Notes under the pieces: model-generated
The model's database searches: none
What the model saw: the letters and a program-made list of their open reading frames with translations, nothing else
Told to the model about the DNA's origin: nothing
Made by a program: the position numbers and the translations under genes
Shown here: positions 8,639 to 19,763 of the stretch, piece by piece
Numbering within the stretch: the stretch's first letter is position 1
Layout: every line of letters starts with the position of its first letter
Assembly: GCA_036569625.1 (NCBI GenBank)
Contig: DATCQG010000212.1
Location: 1 to 43,789 of the forward strand
From: Dermatophilaceae bacterium
GTDB taxonomy: Bacteria > Actinomycetota > Actinomycetes > Actinomycetales > Dermatophilaceae
DNA length: 43,789 bases
Direction of reading: 5' to 3'

Positions 8639-9984
8639 TGTACCTCCTGGGCGTTGTCTTCGTCGCACTCGGTGTCAGCGTCTCCATCGCGCTGCACGAG
8701 TATGGCCACCTCTTCTGGGCCAAGAGGTTCGGCGTCAAGGTCACCCAGTTTATGGTCGGGTTCGGCCCGACCCTGTGGTCGCGCACACGCGGTGAGACGG
8801 AGTACGGACTCAAGGCGATACCGTTCGGCGGGTTCACCCGGATGATTGGCATGCTCCCGCCCAAACCCGGTGCCGACCCCTCGATGCTGCGCGCATCGAG
8901 CACCGGCCGCTTCTCCCAGCTGATGGACCAGGCCCGCCAGGAGTCCATGGACGAGGTCAAGGCGGGCGACGAGGACCGGGTGTTCTACAAGCTCTCGACG
9001 CCCAAGAAGCTCGTCGTGATGCTCGGCGGCCCGACCATGAACCTGCTCATCGCCGCGGTCCTGCTGGGCGGTATCTTCACGCTCTACGGCTCTCCCGGGC
9101 TCACCAGCCGGGTCAGCAGCGTCTCGCAGTGCGTCCAGTCCGTGCCAGCAAACGGCAAGGCGCCCGCGGCCTGCTCACCATCGGACCCGCAGGCTCCTGC
9201 CAATGCCGCCGGGGTCCGGCCCGGCGACCGGATCATCTCCATGGCCGGCCAGCCAGTCAACAGCTGGGACGACGTCAAGGCACTGACCCGGCCTAACGGT
9301 GGCCAGACAATCCCTATCGTCGTCGAGCGGAGCGGCAAGCGGCTGAGCCTCGTGGCTACCCCGATTCTCAACAACGTGCCAAGGGTCGACTCCCAGGGCA
9401 ACCTCGTTCTTGGTCCTGACGGCAAGGCGATCATCGACCGGGTCGGTTTCCTGGGACTTTCGCCCAGCTATGAGAACGTCAAGGCGCCGATCACAGCTGT
9501 TCCCTCAATGATCGGCAGCCAGGTTGCCGCAACGGCCGGCGTGGTGTTCACGCTCCCTCAGAGGATGAGTGGCATCGTGACAGCGGCCTTTGGCAGCGGA
9601 ACGCGTGACCCCAGCCTGATGTCAGTGGTCGGCGTCGGACGGGTGGCTGGCGAGGTCGCCGACGGGCAGCTCTCAGGGGTGGGCGGGCCCAGTTCTGGAG
9701 CCGCCAAGCTCGTCATCCTGCTCAGCCTGATCGCCTCCCTCAACCTCGCGCTTTTCGTCTTCAACCTCATCCCCTTGACCCCCCTGGACGGTGGACAGGC
9801 CGCGGGCGCGCTGTGGGAGGGGCTCAAGCGTCAGGTGGCCAGACTGCGCGGCCGGCCCAACCCGGGGTACGTCGACGTCGCGAAGGCCCTGCCCGTGACC
9901 TATGTGGTTGCGATCGCGCTGATCGGCATGACTGTCCTGCTGATGTATGCCGACGTGGTCAACCCGATCAAGCTCGGCGGCTGA
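8635..9984 (+). CDS. rseP: Site-2 (M50) zinc metalloprotease, RseP/Rip1 type
   Basis: GTGATG start overlapping the dxr stop. HExxH as HEYGHL in the first TM region, a PDZ-like segment [16 protein letters not shown], and the [11 protein letters not shown] (LDG) motif. Confidence 0.9.
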   Translation: MMYLLGVVFVALGVSVSIALHEYGHLFWAKRFGVKVTQFMVGFGPTLWSRTRGETEYGLKAIPFGGFTRMIGMLPPKPGADPSMLRASSTGRFSQLMDQARQESMDEVKAGDEDRVFYKLSTPKKLVVMLGGPTMNLLIAAVLLGGIFTLYGSPGLTSRVSSVSQCVQSVPANGKAPAACSPSDPQAPANAAGVRPGDRIISMAGQPVNSWDDVKALTRPNGGQTIPIVVERSGKRLSLVATPILNNVPRVDSQGNLVLGPDGKAIIDRVGFLGLSPSYENVKAPITAVPSMIGSQVAATAGVVFTLPQRMSGIVTAAFGSGTRDPSLMSVVGVGRVAGEVADGQLSGVGGPSSGAAKLVILLSLIASLNLALFVFNLIPLTPLDGGQAAGALWEGLKRQVARLRGRPNPGYVDVAKALPVTYVVAIALIGMTVLLMYADVVNPIKLGG

Positions 9985-10020
9985 ACGCCGATCTCGCTCT
10001 CGGTGGGAGATACTCGACCC

Positions 10021-11184
10021 ATGACGGTTTCTCTCGGCATGCCGCCCTTGCCGCCCCCTGTTGTCGCCGCTCGACGCATATCCCGCAAGATCAAGGTCGG
10101 CGCGGTCGATGTTGGTGGAGGCGCCCCCATCTCGGTGCAGTCGATGTGCACGACGCCCACAACCGATGTCGACGCGACCCTGCAGCAGATCGCCGAGCTG
10201 ACTGCGACCGGATGCGACATCGTGCGGGTTGCCTGCCCGACGCAGGACGACGCCGACGCACTTCGCGAGATCGCCACGAAGAGCCAGATCCCGGTCATAG
10301 CCGACATCCACTTCCAGCCCAAGTACGTCTTCGCCGCGATCGACGCCGGCTGCGCAGGTGTCCGGGTCAACCCGGGCAACATCCGCAAGTTCGACGACCA
10401 GGTCAAGCAGATTGCCCGGGCGGCCAAGGACGCAGGCGTCTCCATCCGGATCGGCGTCAATGCCGGCTCTCTTGACCCGCGCATCATGGCCAAGTACGGC
10501 AAGGCCACTCCCGAGGCTCTCGTCGAGTCGGCCATCTGGGAGGCCAGCCTCTTCGAGGAGCACGACTTCCACGACTTCAAGATCTCGGTCAAGCACAGCG
10601 ACCCGGTCGTGATGATCCAGGCGTACGAGCAGCTGGCCGCCCGCGGCGACTGGCCCCTGCACCTGGGCGTCACCGAGGCCGGCCCCGCCTTTCAGGGGAC
10701 GATCAAGTCGTCGGTGGCCTTCGGAGCGTTGCTGGCCAAGGGGATCGGTGACACGATCCGGGTCTCGCTGTCGGCCCCGCCGGTCGAGGAGATCAAGGTC
10801 GGCAACCAGATCCTGCAGTCGCTGAACCTGCGTCCGCGCAAGCTGGAGATCGTCTCGTGTCCCTCGTGCGGCCGTGCCCAGGTCGACGTCTACACCTTGG
10901 CTGAGCAGGTGACCGCCGGTCTCGAGGGGCTGGAGGTGCCGTTGCGCGTGGCGGTCATGGGTTGCGTCGTGAACGGCCCTGGTGAGGCTCGTGAAGCCGA
11001 TCTTGGTGTCGCGTCAGGCAACGGCAAGGGTCAGATCTTCGTCAGGGGCGAGATCATCAAGACGGTGCCGGAGTCCCAGATCGTCGAGACCCTCATCGAA
11101 GAGGCCATGCGGCTTGCCGACGAGATGGGTGAGCCGGTGGACGGCGAAGGGGCGAGCACCGGCCCTGTCGTCACCGTCGGTTGA
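10021..11184 (+). CDS. ispG: 4-hydroxy-3-methylbut-2-en-1-yl diphosphate synthase
   Basis: N-terminus [13 protein letters not shown]... with [14 protein letters not shown] and [16 protein letters not shown] (Fe-S cysteines). ATG 10021 is preferred over GTG 10003. Confidence 0.94.
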   Translation: MTVSLGMPPLPPPVVAARRISRKIKVGAVDVGGGAPISVQSMCTTPTTDVDATLQQIAELTATGCDIVRVACPTQDDADALREIATKSQIPVIADIHFQPKYVFAAIDAGCAGVRVNPGNIRKFDDQVKQIARAAKDAGVSIRIGVNAGSLDPRIMAKYGKATPEALVESAIWEASLFEEHDFHDFKISVKHSDPVVMIQAYEQLAARGDWPLHLGVTEAGPAFQGTIKSSVAFGALLAKGIGDTIRVSLSAPPVEEIKVGNQILQSLNLRPRKLEIVSCPSCGRAQVDVYTLAEQVTAGLEGLEVPLRVAVMGCVVNGPGEAREADLGVASGNGKGQIFVRGEIIKTVPESQIVETLIEEAMRLADEMGEPVDGEGASTGPVVTVG

Positions 11185-11198
11185 GGCGGGCCTGAGTC

Positions 11199-12041
11199 GT
11201 GCTGGGCACCAAGAGCCCCGTCCGCGAGCTGACCACGGCCGACCGTGACCAGGCGCTGGAGGTCTGCGCGCGCGATACCCGCACCAACGTCTTTGTTGCG
11301 GCACGCATCCTCGAGGGTGCGCTGGCGACCTCACCCGGGGCCCTGCTCGGCTACGCCGGGGAATCGGGACTACAGGCGATCTGCTGGGCTTCGGCCAACC
11401 TGGTTCCCGTGGAGTGCGACGACCAGGTGCTCGCCGCTTTCGCCACCAAGCTGCGCCGATGGCGGCGCCAGTGCTCGTCGGTGTTCGGGCCGGCGGACAT
11501 GGTGCTGCGGCTGTGGGGGCAGCTGCGGCCGACATGGGGAGAGCCGCGGGACGTGCGCGCGTACCAGCCTGTTCTGGCCTTCTCGGGTCCACTCCCAGCC
11601 GGCCTGCCCTGCGATCCTCGGGTTCGTCGGGCACGTTTCGACGAGGTCGACCTGGTGCTGCCGGCCGCTGCGGCCATGTTCACCGAAGAGATCGGCTACC
11701 CGCCGTACTGGGGCTCGCGTCAGGCCTACCGCCAGGGCATCCAGTCGTTGATCCGTCAGGGTCACACCTTCGTGCGCGTCGACGATGGTGAGGTCGTGTT
11801 CAAGGCCGACGTCGGTTCGGTGGCTCTGGGCGTGGCACAGATCCAGGGTGTCTGGGTGGCGCCACGATGGCGTGGGCAGGGGCTTGCGGGACCTGCCATG
11901 GCGGCGGTCGTCGAGCGGGTTCAGGCGGAGATCGCCCCGGTGGTCACGCTCTATGTCAACGACTTCAACGCCCCGGCCCGGGCCACATACGCACGCGTCG
12001 GCTTCACCGAGATCGGACGCTTCGCCACGGTCCTGATGTGA
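11199..12041 (+). CDS. GNAT-family N-acetyltransferase (Rv2867c-like position downstream of ispG)
   Basis: C-terminal acetyl-CoA motif region [25 protein letters not shown]...[19 protein letters not shown]. It occupies the same position as the GNAT gene after gcpE/ispG in mycobacteria (recalled). Confidence 0.7.
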   Translation: MLGTKSPVRELTTADRDQALEVCARDTRTNVFVAARILEGALATSPGALLGYAGESGLQAICWASANLVPVECDDQVLAAFATKLRRWRRQCSSVFGPADMVLRLWGQLRPTWGEPRDVRAYQPVLAFSGPLPAGLPCDPRVRRARFDEVDLVLPAAAAMFTEEIGYPPYWGSRQAYRQGIQSLIRQGHTFVRVDDGEVVFKADVGSVALGVAQIQGVWVAPRWRGQGLAGPAMAAVVERVQAEIAPVVTLYVNDFNAPARATYARVGFTEIGRFATVLM

Positions 12042-12135
12042 GGCGAGCCAAACTGGCGTGAGCCCGTCGCCCCCCTGCCGATATCCTCACGGGGTCCGGT
12101 GCGCCCGTGTGTCGGACAAAACCCGAGGAGATCTC

Positions 12136-13917
12136 GTGTCAACGCCGGTCCTGCAGATGTCGACCCTGTTCCTGCGAACCCTGCGCGAGGACCCGGCCGA
12201 TGCTGAGCTGCCGAGCCACCGGTTGCTGGTCCGGGCCGGATACATCCGCCGGGTCGCCCCGGGCATCTACACCTGGCTGCCCCTGGGCCTGAAGGTGCTG
12301 CGCAACATCGAGCGCATCGTGCGCGAGGAGATGGACGCCATCGGCGCGCAGGAGCTGAGCTTTCCCGCTCTGCTGCCCAAGGAGCCCTTCGAGCAGACCG
12401 GTCGCTGGACGGAGTACGGCGACAACATCTTCAGGCTCAAGGACCGCAAGGGCGCGGACTACCTGCTCGGTCCCACGCACGAAGAGATGTTCACGCTGAC
12501 GGTCAAGGACCTGTACGGCTCCTACAAGGACCTGCCCCTCTCGATCTACCAGATCCAGACCAAGTATCGCGACGAGGCACGTCCGCGCGCTGGTCTGCTT
12601 CGCGGTCGCGAGTTCATCATGAAGGACTCCTACTCCTTCGACGTGGATGATCTGGGCCTGCAGGCCTCATACGACGCGCACCGCGCCGCCTACATCAAGA
12701 TGTTCGACCGCCTCGGGTTCGACTACGTCATTGTGAAGGCAACCTCCGGTGCTATGGGCGGTTCGGCATCCGAGGAGTTCCTCGCGACGGCTGAGAACGG
12801 CGAGGACACCTACGTGCGCTGCACCTCGTGCGACTACGCGGCGAACGTCGAGGCAGTCCAGGTGCCGGTTCCACCGGTCCTCTCGTATGACGGGGTGCCT
12901 GCGGCCCACGTCGAGGACACACCTGACACCCCGACAATCGCGACCCTGGTCGACCACCTCAACACCGCATTCCCACGCCCGGATCGTGCGTGGCAGGCCA
13001 GCGACACCCTCAAGAACGTCCTCGTGATGGTGGTCCACCCGGACGGCCGTCGCGAGCCCCTGGCCATCGGTGTGCCCGGTGACCGCGAGATCGACGAGAA
13101 GCGGCTGGGTGCCCAGGTCGAGCCGGCCGAGATCGAGGCGTTCGACGAGGCCGATTTCGCCAGATACCCAGTCCTGGCCAAGGGCTACATGGGCCCCGAG
13201 GTTCTGGGCGAGGAGGCCAAGTCCGGGATCAGGTTCCTGGTGGACCCCCGGGTCGTCGAGGGCACCCGCTGGGTTACCGGAGCGAACGCCCCGGGCCATC
13301 ACGTGATCGATCTGGTGGCAGGGCGCGACTTCAGCGCCGACGGCACGATCGAAGCCGCAGAGGTGCGCGACGGTGACGAGTGTCCCAACTGCGGTCAGCG
13401 CCTGGAGACCGCCCGCGGCATCGAGATGGGCCACATCTTCCAGCTGGGGCGCAAGTACGCCGAAGCGTTGGGGCTCAAGGTCCTTGACCACAACGGCAAG
13501 CTCGTGACCGTGACCATGGGCTCATATGGTGTCGGCGTCAGTCGGGCCGTTGCCGCCGTGGCAGAGGGTTGCCACGACGAGGTGGGCCTGGTCTGGCCGC
13601 GCGAGGTCGCTCCCGCCGACGTTCACCTGGTGGCTACCGGCAAGGACCCAGAGGTCTTCGCCAAGGCCGCCGAGCTCGCCGATGCCCTTGCGGAACTGGG
13701 AATCTCGGTGATCTACGACGACCGCGTGAAGGTCTCGCCCGGGGTGAAGTTCAAGGACGCAGAGCTGATCGGGGTGCCGACCATCGTCATTGTCGGCAAG
13801 GGCCTCGAGGCTGGCACGATCGAGATCAAGGATCGCGCGACCGGCGATCGGACCGAGGTGCCGCTTGGTAAGATCGTTGAGACTGTGGTGTCCGAGGTGC
13901 GCGGCCCAGGGCGCTGA
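12136..13917 (+). CDS. proS: Proline--tRNA ligase (bacterial type with editing insertion)
   Basis: GAGGAG lies 6 nt upstream of GTG 12136. Motifs [21 protein letters not shown], motif 2 [29 protein letters not shown] and motif 3 GSYGVGVSR. Confidence 0.94.
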   Translation: MSTPVLQMSTLFLRTLREDPADAELPSHRLLVRAGYIRRVAPGIYTWLPLGLKVLRNIERIVREEMDAIGAQELSFPALLPKEPFEQTGRWTEYGDNIFRLKDRKGADYLLGPTHEEMFTLTVKDLYGSYKDLPLSIYQIQTKYRDEARPRAGLLRGREFIMKDSYSFDVDDLGLQASYDAHRAAYIKMFDRLGFDYVIVKATSGAMGGSASEEFLATAENGEDTYVRCTSCDYAANVEAVQVPVPPVLSYDGVPAAHVEDTPDTPTIATLVDHLNTAFPRPDRAWQASDTLKNVLVMVVHPDGRREPLAIGVPGDREIDEKRLGAQVEPAEIEAFDEADFARYPVLAKGYMGPEVLGEEAKSGIRFLVDPRVVEGTRWVTGANAPGHHVIDLVAGRDFSADGTIEAAEVRDGDECPNCGQRLETARGIEMGHIFQLGRKYAEALGLKVLDHNGKLVTVTMGSYGVGVSRAVAAVAEGCHDEVGLVWPREVAPADVHLVATGKDPEVFAKAAELADALAELGISVIYDDRVKVSPGVKFKDAELIGVPTIVIVGKGLEAGTIEIKDRATGDRTEVPLGKIVETVVSEVRGPGR

Positions 13918-14651
13918 TGGGCAGATCCGTGCCCCGGCTCCGTGCAGTCATCTTCGACTGGGGAGGCACGCTCACACCGTGGCACACCGTTGACCTTGCC
14001 GAGCAGTGGGCTGTGTTCGCCCGCGCTGTTCATGGCGCGGACGTGCAGTCCAGCGCCGATCTTGCGGCCCGCATCCTCGCCGCAGAGGAGGCCGCATGGC
14101 AGCGGTCACGCGCGGGGCAGGGCAGTGCGCACCTGGACGAGCTGTTGGTTGAGGTGGGACTGGATCCGGCTGATCCCTCGCGCGCGGCGGCCTTGGCGGC
14201 ATACCGGCAATTCTGGGAGCCACACACCGTGACTGACAAGCAGGTGCGCCCCCTCTGGGAGGGGTTGCGCGAGAGGGGGATTGGCGTCGGAGTCCTGTCC
14301 AACACCATCTGGTCGCGGGAGTATCACCGCGGGCTCTTCGAACGAGACGGAGTCCTCGACCTGATCGACGCAGACGTCTACTCCAGCGAGATGGCCTGGA
14401 CCAAGCCGCACCCACAGGCGTTCCGTCAGGCGGCTTCGGCTCTCGCCGTGGACCCGGCCGAGGCGGTCTATGTGGGGGACAGGCCGTTCGAGGATGTTCA
14501 CGGGAGCCAAACGGTGGGAATGCGCGCCATCTGGGTTCCGCACTCGAAGATCCCGCTGGCACAACAGGTTTCGGTCGACGTAGTACCTGATGGGGTGGCC
14601 CATGAGCTGCTCGACATCCTGGCCATCGTTGACGGTTGGCGCGCTCCGTGA
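13917..14651 (+). CDS. HAD-superfamily hydrolase (variant motif I)
   Basis: The ATG overlaps the proS stop (TGATG). HAD motifs: I VIFDWGGTLT, II VGVLSNT, III WTKPHP, IV VGDRPFEDVHG. Confidence 0.75.
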   Translation: MGRSVPRLRAVIFDWGGTLTPWHTVDLAEQWAVFARAVHGADVQSSADLAARILAAEEAAWQRSRAGQGSAHLDELLVEVGLDPADPSRAAALAAYRQFWEPHTVTDKQVRPLWEGLRERGIGVGVLSNTIWSREYHRGLFERDGVLDLIDADVYSSEMAWTKPHPQAFRQAASALAVDPAEAVYVGDRPFEDVHGSQTVGMRAIWVPHSKIPLAQQVSVDVVPDGVAHELLDILAIVDGWRAP

Positions 14652-15430
14652 ACGACCCTTCGACCACGACGCTCCTGCTCATGTGTCTGGCCGCGGTCTG
14701 TGCGGGGTGGGTCGACGCGGTGGTCGGCGGTGGCGGGCTGATCCAGCTCCCGGCGCTTCTGCTCGGGTTCCCTCAGGCGGCTCCGATCCAGATCCTGGCA
14801 ACCAACAAGCTCGGCTCGATCTGTGGCACGTCGGTCAGCGCGCTGACGTACTACCGCCGCGTCAAGCCCGACCCGAAGACCGTGATCCCGTTGGCACTGC
14901 TGGCATTCGGCGGTTCCCTGATCGGCGCTCTGCTCGCGTCGCACATCGCCAGAGAGGCCTTCAACCCGATCATTCTGGTGGTGCTGATCGGAGTCGGGGC
15001 GTACACCCTGGTCACGCCCAGACTTGGCCGCGTCACCGACCTGCGCTTCTCGGGCCACAGCCACGTGCTGGCCGCCACCGCGGTCGGCCTGCTGGTCGGC
15101 ATGTACGACGGTGCGCTCGGTCCCGGCACGGGCTCCTTTTTCGTGTTCGCCCTTGTTGGCCTGCTCGGATACGCCTTCCTTGAGGCCAGCGCGAAGGCCA
15201 AGATTGCCAACTTCGCCACCAACCTGGCGGCTCTGGCCATCTTCGTGCCCGCCGGTGCTGTGATGTGGAAGGTCGGCCTGCTGATGGGCCTGGCCAACCT
15301 GACGGGCGGTTACATCGGCGCCCGCACGGCCATGGCCTGGGGTGCCCGGTTCGTTCGGATCGTGTTCGTCATCGTCGTGGGCGGTTTCATCGTCAAGATC
15401 GGCCTCGATGTGATCGCCCAGCTCGCCTGA
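14648..15430 (+). CDS. TauE/SafE (TSUP, DUF81) family membrane permease
   Basis: GTGA overlap with the HAD gene stop (alternative start 14636). Multi-TM protein with WVDAVVGGGGLIQLPALLL near the N-terminus and a second, related half. Confidence 0.8.
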   Translation: MNDPSTTTLLLMCLAAVCAGWVDAVVGGGGLIQLPALLLGFPQAAPIQILATNKLGSICGTSVSALTYYRRVKPDPKTVIPLALLAFGGSLIGALLASHIAREAFNPIILVVLIGVGAYTLVTPRLGRVTDLRFSGHSHVLAATAVGLLVGMYDGALGPGTGSFFVFALVGLLGYAFLEASAKAKIANFATNLAALAIFVPAGAVMWKVGLLMGLANLTGGYIGARTAMAWGARFVRIVFVIVVGGFIVKIGLDVIAQLA

Positions 15431-15486
15431 CGATCAACGCGAAGGATTGGGGCTGTCTGGACAGCCCCAATCCTTCGCGTTGATCG
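15431..15486. terminator. 27-bp perfect inverted repeat; putative bidirectional factor-independent terminator between convergent genes
   Basis: CGATCAACGCGAAGGATTGGGGCTGTC (15431-15457), TG, then GACAGCCCCAATCCTTCGCGTTGATCG (15460-15486). It starts 1 nt after the TauE stop and ends 10 nt before the stop of the minus-strand DUF255 gene. There is no flanking U-tract. Confidence 0.6.
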
Positions 15487-15496
15487 CGGAAACCGT

Positions 15497-17479
15497 TCAC
15501 CCGTGCCGGGACAGCGCCGATGTCAGCTCTTCGGGTGTCGTGACAGGCAGGTCACAGACGAAGCCACGACACACGTATGCCGCGACGCCGCCGTCCACCA
15601 GGGGCCGGTCGGCCAGGAGCGGAATGCCTGTCGCGTCAGGCGATCCGTGCGCGATGACCAGTCCTGGGGAGCTGCTGGCGCGAGCGACGCGGACCATCTC
15701 ATGTGCCCGCGGCCCGTCGCCGACGATGGCGACCTGTTGGGGACCGGATGCCATGGCTTCGGCCACGGCCAGCGTCCAGCCTGCGAAACGTGGGTCCCGA
15801 TCGGCAAGACCCGCCGCGGCCGCGACAGCAGCGTCGGCCGCCTCGCGGTGGCGGTGGGAACCCGTGAGTGCCGAATAGGTCAGGAGAGCGCCGCTGAGAG
15901 CGGCCTGGCCGGATGGCTCGGCGTTGTCAGCAGCGCTCCGCGGTCTGGTGAAGAGTCGTTCGGCATCATCCGCCGTGTCGAAGAAGCCACCTCGCTCGTC
16001 GGCGAAGTGGGCCAGTGCCGTGTCAAGCAGATCGCCGGCTGCCACCAGCCACCTGGACTCCCCGGTGGCCTGGTGCAGCGCTAGCAGGCCTTCAGCAAGG
16101 TTGCCGTAGTCGTCGGCGACTCCCATCGCCGCTCCGGCCGCACCCTGACGTGACGCCCGGTGAAGCCTGCCGTCAACCAGGTGGACGTCGACCAGGAACT
16201 GGGCACACCTGTGAGCAGCATCAAGGTAAGTCGTGTCCCCGAGCAGCACGCCGGCCTCGCTCAGGGCGGCGATGGCCAGCCCGTTCCAGCCGGTCACCAC
16301 CTTGTCGTCCCGCGCTGGCTGTGGCCGAAGTGCGCGCGCAGCGAGCAAGCGCTGACGCGTGGCGCGCCACCACGGCGGATCGTCGGGCTCCGTGCGGAGC
16401 TGCAGTGTCGACTGGCCGTGTTCGAAGGTCCCGGAGCTCGTGACCTCGAGCAGGGAGGCGGCGCGTCGGCCGTCGTCCTCACCGAGCGCATCGACAAGCT
16501 GCTGCGGGTTCCAGGCGTAGGTCAGTCCTTCGACCCCGTCGGCATCGGCATCCAGAGCCGAGGCGAAGCCCCCCTCGACCGTGCCGAGGTCCCGCAGGAG
16601 GAAGTCCGCCGTCTCACGTGAGACCCGTTCTGCAAGAGGCGAACCCGTCGCGCGCCAAAGGTGGAGGTAGACGCGCAGCAGCTGGGCGTTGTCGTAGAGC
16701 ATCTTCTCGAAGTGGGGCACGACCCAGCCCGCGTCCACGGCGTAGCGCGCAAAGCCGCCGGCCAGCTGGTCGTACATCCCGCCGCGGGCCATCGCCTCAC
16801 AGGTGTCGGTAGCCATGTGCAGCGCGCGGTCCGAGCCGGTGCGCCCCCACTGGCGAAGCAGGAACTCCAGGACCATCGACGGTGGGAACTTCGGTGCGCC
16901 ACCGAATCCACCGTTGCGCCAGTCATATCCGCCGGAGAGCAGCTGTTCTGCCTGCTCAAGCTCGGTCGGCCCCATAGGCGCCCCGGCTCCGATGGTGCTC
17001 ACGCTGCTCAGAACCTCGGCGACGTGCGAGCCGCTCGCCAGGACTTCTTCGCGGCGACTGGTCCACGCGTCGGAGACAGCCGAAAGCAGTTGGAGGAATG
17101 ACGGTTTCGGGAGGTAGGTGCCACAGAAGAAGGGCTTCCCGGAAGGGGTGAGAACGCAGGTCATCGGCCAGCCACCGTGGCCGGTCATGGCGCTCGTCGC
17201 CGACATGTAGATCGCGTCGATGTCCGGTCGTTCCTCACGGTCCACCTTGATGGCGACGAAACCGTCGTTGAGCACCCCGGCCACCTCGTCGTCCTCGAAC
17301 GACTCGTGGGCCATCACGTGACACCAGTGACACGCTGCATACCCGACGGACAACAGGATGGGTCTATTCAGGCGCTCCGCCTCGGCCAGGGCATCCGGTC
17401 CCCACTGCCACCAGTCGACCGGATTGTCCTTGTGCTGCAACAGATACGGACTCGTGGAGCCCGCGAGCCGGTTCACCAT
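15497..17479 (-). CDS. Thioredoxin-domain protein, DUF255 / YyaL type, with a C-terminal alpha-toroid (N-acylglucosamine-epimerase-like) domain
   Basis: Motif [25 protein letters not shown]...[21 protein letters not shown]. 660 aa. A GAGGAAAGG-type RBS lies upstream on the minus strand. Confidence 0.85.
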   Translation of the reverse strand: MVNRLAGSTSPYLLQHKDNPVDWWQWGPDALAEAERLNRPILLSVGYAACHWCHVMAHESFEDDEVAGVLNDGFVAIKVDREERPDIDAIYMSATSAMTGHGGWPMTCVLTPSGKPFFCGTYLPKPSFLQLLSAVSDAWTSRREEVLASGSHVAEVLSSVSTIGAGAPMGPTELEQAEQLLSGGYDWRNGGFGGAPKFPPSMVLEFLLRQWGRTGSDRALHMATDTCEAMARGGMYDQLAGGFARYAVDAGWVVPHFEKMLYDNAQLLRVYLHLWRATGSPLAERVSRETADFLLRDLGTVEGGFASALDADADGVEGLTYAWNPQQLVDALGEDDGRRAASLLEVTSSGTFEHGQSTLQLRTEPDDPPWWRATRQRLLAARALRPQPARDDKVVTGWNGLAIAALSEAGVLLGDTTYLDAAHRCAQFLVDVHLVDGRLHRASRQGAAGAAMGVADDYGNLAEGLLALHQATGESRWLVAAGDLLDTALAHFADERGGFFDTADDAERLFTRPRSAADNAEPSGQAALSGALLTYSALTGSHRHREAADAAVAAAAGLADRDPRFAGWTLAVAEAMASGPQQVAIVGDGPRAHEMVRVARASSSPGLVIAHGSPDATGIPLLADRPLVDGGVAAYVCRGFVCDLPVTTPEELTSALSRHG

Positions 17480-17506
17480 CTCGGTCGCCTTTCCTCTCTT
17501 GTCCGC

Positions 17507-18529
17507 TCAGGTTGACGCGAACAGGGTGTTTATGAAGCCGGGCGTCGACGGTGTGTACCTGCCAGTTCCAGCGCCTAGTGAACCGCTGCGCAAGCCGACG
17601 TTGATGTAGGGCGTCAGGAGGTTGCCGCTTGAGGCCCGCCCGGTGACTCCCGGGCAGGTGAGGTTGTAGTCGCGCACGCCGTCGGTCCACTGGGTCAGCC
17701 AGGGTTTGCTCCCGGAGAAGCTCACGGCAGTGCAGGTGGCTGCGGCCGCGGTCCGGCCCTTGGTGCCGACCGGCACCCAGGTGGGAACGCCTGGCAGGAC
17801 CCGGCCGCCGGTGATCGCCTTCCAGGCTTTGTCGTAGGAGTAGATGCCGGCGTGTATGCCAGCTGCCTGGTAGCGCGCGATAACGCCTTCGATGACCGCG
17901 TTGTTGTTGACGGCGCTGGCCGACCAGGGCGATTGCGTCCTGGTCTCGACATCCACCCAGATCATCGGTGAGCGCAGACCGGCCCGGGCCATCGTGGCGA
18001 GGTTGAACACGGCCTGCACGGCGCCGAAACGTCCTAGTCGCACAGGCAGCGTTCCGGTGCCGCCGTATCGGGTCAGCTGTGCGCTGGTCGGGTAGGTCAC
18101 GATGGCGTAGGCACCGGTCCAAAGGTGACGGGTGTGGGCTGACGCGACCTGACCGGCCAAACACGGGTTGGCATGCAACGAGCCGCCGTCGGTCAGACCC
18201 AGAACGGCGAACGATGCGCTGGCCATAGGTCCCGGCAGGCCGTAACCGCCTCCGCCTCTGGGGCACTGGGGCCAGGAGATGTCATTGCCGTATGCGGGGG
18301 GGCCGGGCGCCGGCGCCCGGGGAGCTCTGGCCAGTCCTGCCACGGTAAGCGAGGACGAGACCGAGGAGGACGCCCCGGCTGAAAGGATCAAGGCCAAAGT
18401 GGCGGCAATGGAGACGAGGTGCCTACGCAAGGCGGGCCACCCTCCTGTCGGTTGCTGAGGACGATGAGATGCCCGCCCTACAGACCTGATTATTGCAATT
18501 GCTTTGGTGAGCGCCCTCGGTGCGCTCAA
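17507..18529 (-). CDS. Exported glycoside-hydrolase-fold protein (GH25 / Rv2525c-like, DUF1906-like); start uncertain
   Basis: Signal-like N-terminus (ALRRHLVSIAATLALILSAGASS), then YGNDISWPQC...IWVDVE...GIYSY, recalled from lysozyme-like/DUF1906 proteins. The TTG start overlaps the upstream stop (TTGA). The family call is tentative. Confidence 0.5.
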   Translation of the reverse strand: MSAPRALTKAIAIIRSVGRASHRPQQPTGGWPALRRHLVSIAATLALILSAGASSSVSSSLTVAGLARAPRAPAPGPPAYGNDISWPQCPRGGGGYGLPGPMASASFAVLGLTDGGSLHANPCLAGQVASAHTRHLWTGAYAIVTYPTSAQLTRYGGTGTLPVRLGRFGAVQAVFNLATMARAGLRSPMIWVDVETRTQSPWSASAVNNNAVIEGVIARYQAAGIHAGIYSYDKAWKAITGGRVLPGVPTWVPVGTKGRTAAAATCTAVSFSGSKPWLTQWTDGVRDYNLTCPGVTGRASSGNLLTPYINVGLRSGSLGAGTGRYTPSTPGFINTLFAST

Positions 18530-19665
18530 GCGCCAGCCACGTCGGCGAGCCAGCCCAGGATGGGTGGCAGGACGGCCGCATAGGCGTCCAGTGTGTGGCC
18601 CAGCCCCTTGACCACATATGGCTGTACTCCGGGTAGGTCCCGCACTCGCCCCAGGAACTGCAAGGACTGCGGGCGCGACTGCGGGTCCTGTTGCGAGGTC
18701 ATCACGAGCAGGTGCAACGACTTCGGCGCACGGTTCTGGATCAGCCAGGTGGGGGAGCTCTCATGGGCGAAAGTCGGGTACTTCTTGAGGAGCTGGGCCA
18801 GGTTGCCCGTGGTCGAGTCCGGCTCGGGGTTGAAGTACCCCTCGACCGAAGCCGCCGCTCCGAAACGTTCGGGTGCGCGCAGATGCAGCAATGCCGCGCA
18901 GTAGCCGCCGGTGGACCAGCCCATCACGCTCCAGCTCCGGCCATCGGTGGTGACGCGCAGTTTTGAGGTGGCCCAGTTCCTGACATCCTGGTTCAGCCAC
19001 GTGAAGGCCTGGGTCGACCCGGGGTAGTCGGTGCACTCGGTGTCCACCGGAAGTGCCACGTTGATCTCGGGGAACACCGCGACGAAGGGCGCCACCCGGC
19101 CGCTGCGGATCTCTTCGCTGGCCACAGTGGCGAAGTCGAGCCGTTGGACGACATACGCGATCCGCACGTCAACACCGCCCAAGACCATCACCACAGGGAA
19201 ACGCGTCCGCATGTAGCGGCGGTCCCCATACTGCGGCGGCAGCCAGGCAATCACCGTCTGGGTGATGCCCGACTTCGCGCCCTTGAGGGTGCCCTGTTCA
19301 TAGCGCCCGGTATCCGATGCCGGCTCGGACACGCGCAGGACCGGTCGATGCAGGGCGACCTGGCCGTTGAGACCGAGGCGTACTCCGTTCGCCACGACCG
19401 GAGGCGCCAGACCGGTGCCGAACAACGATGACCAGGACGGGTAGAAGCCATAGTCCCTGTTGACGTCAACGCCGACCGCGACAACAGTGGCCCCCTGCCC
19501 GACGAGAACTCCGACCACGAGCGCGGGAAGGGCCCAGCGCGAGCTTCGCGGCGCTCGACGCCAGAGGACCACCAGCACCACGGGGATGGCCACGGCCACG
19601 ACGATGCACAGAACCAGGAACCGTAGGGATGTGAGTGGCAAGGAATGTGCTCCAGAAGTGTTCAA
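18526..19665 (-). CDS. Membrane-anchored esterase-family alpha/beta hydrolase (esterase D / antigen-85-like fold)
   Basis: Two N-terminal hydrophobic helices (FLVLCIVVAVAIPVVLVVLW, LPALVVGVLVGQGATVVAVGV). Nucleophile elbow VMGWSTGGYCAAL and C-terminal GLGHTL. The TTG start is uncertain. Confidence 0.65.
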   Translation of the reverse strand: MNTSGAHSLPLTSLRFLVLCIVVAVAIPVVLVVLWRRAPRSSRWALPALVVGVLVGQGATVVAVGVDVNRDYGFYPSWSSLFGTGLAPPVVANGVRLGLNGQVALHRPVLRVSEPASDTGRYEQGTLKGAKSGITQTVIAWLPPQYGDRRYMRTRFPVVMVLGGVDVRIAYVVQRLDFATVASEEIRSGRVAPFVAVFPEINVALPVDTECTDYPGSTQAFTWLNQDVRNWATSKLRVTTDGRSWSVMGWSTGGYCAALLHLRAPERFGAAASVEGYFNPEPDSTTGNLAQLLKKYPTFAHESSPTWLIQNRAPKSLHLLVMTSQQDPQSRPQSLQFLGRVRDLPGVQPYVVKGLGHTLDAYAAVLPPILGWLADVAGA

Positions 19666-19763
19666 AGAACGGACAGGTTTGGCAACCCGTTCAACGTGAA
19701 TCTAGCCCTGACCGTCCCCTGAGCCGTGCAAAGTCAGACGGATCCAAAGCTTGAGCCCGTAGC

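Noticed and set aside
7099-8709. 536-aa minus-strand ORF
   Set aside because: It is antisense to dxr and to the ends of its neighbours. The composition is Ser/Arg/Ala/Pro-rich and no motifs are present. The plus-strand dxr motifs are clear.
12042-12135. Possible T-box or other leader RNA upstream of proS
   Set aside because: The spacer is only 94 nt, with no specifier/T-box-like conserved sequence or terminator/antiterminator pair that I can recognise. Only a 5-bp stem and a GAGGAG RBS are present.
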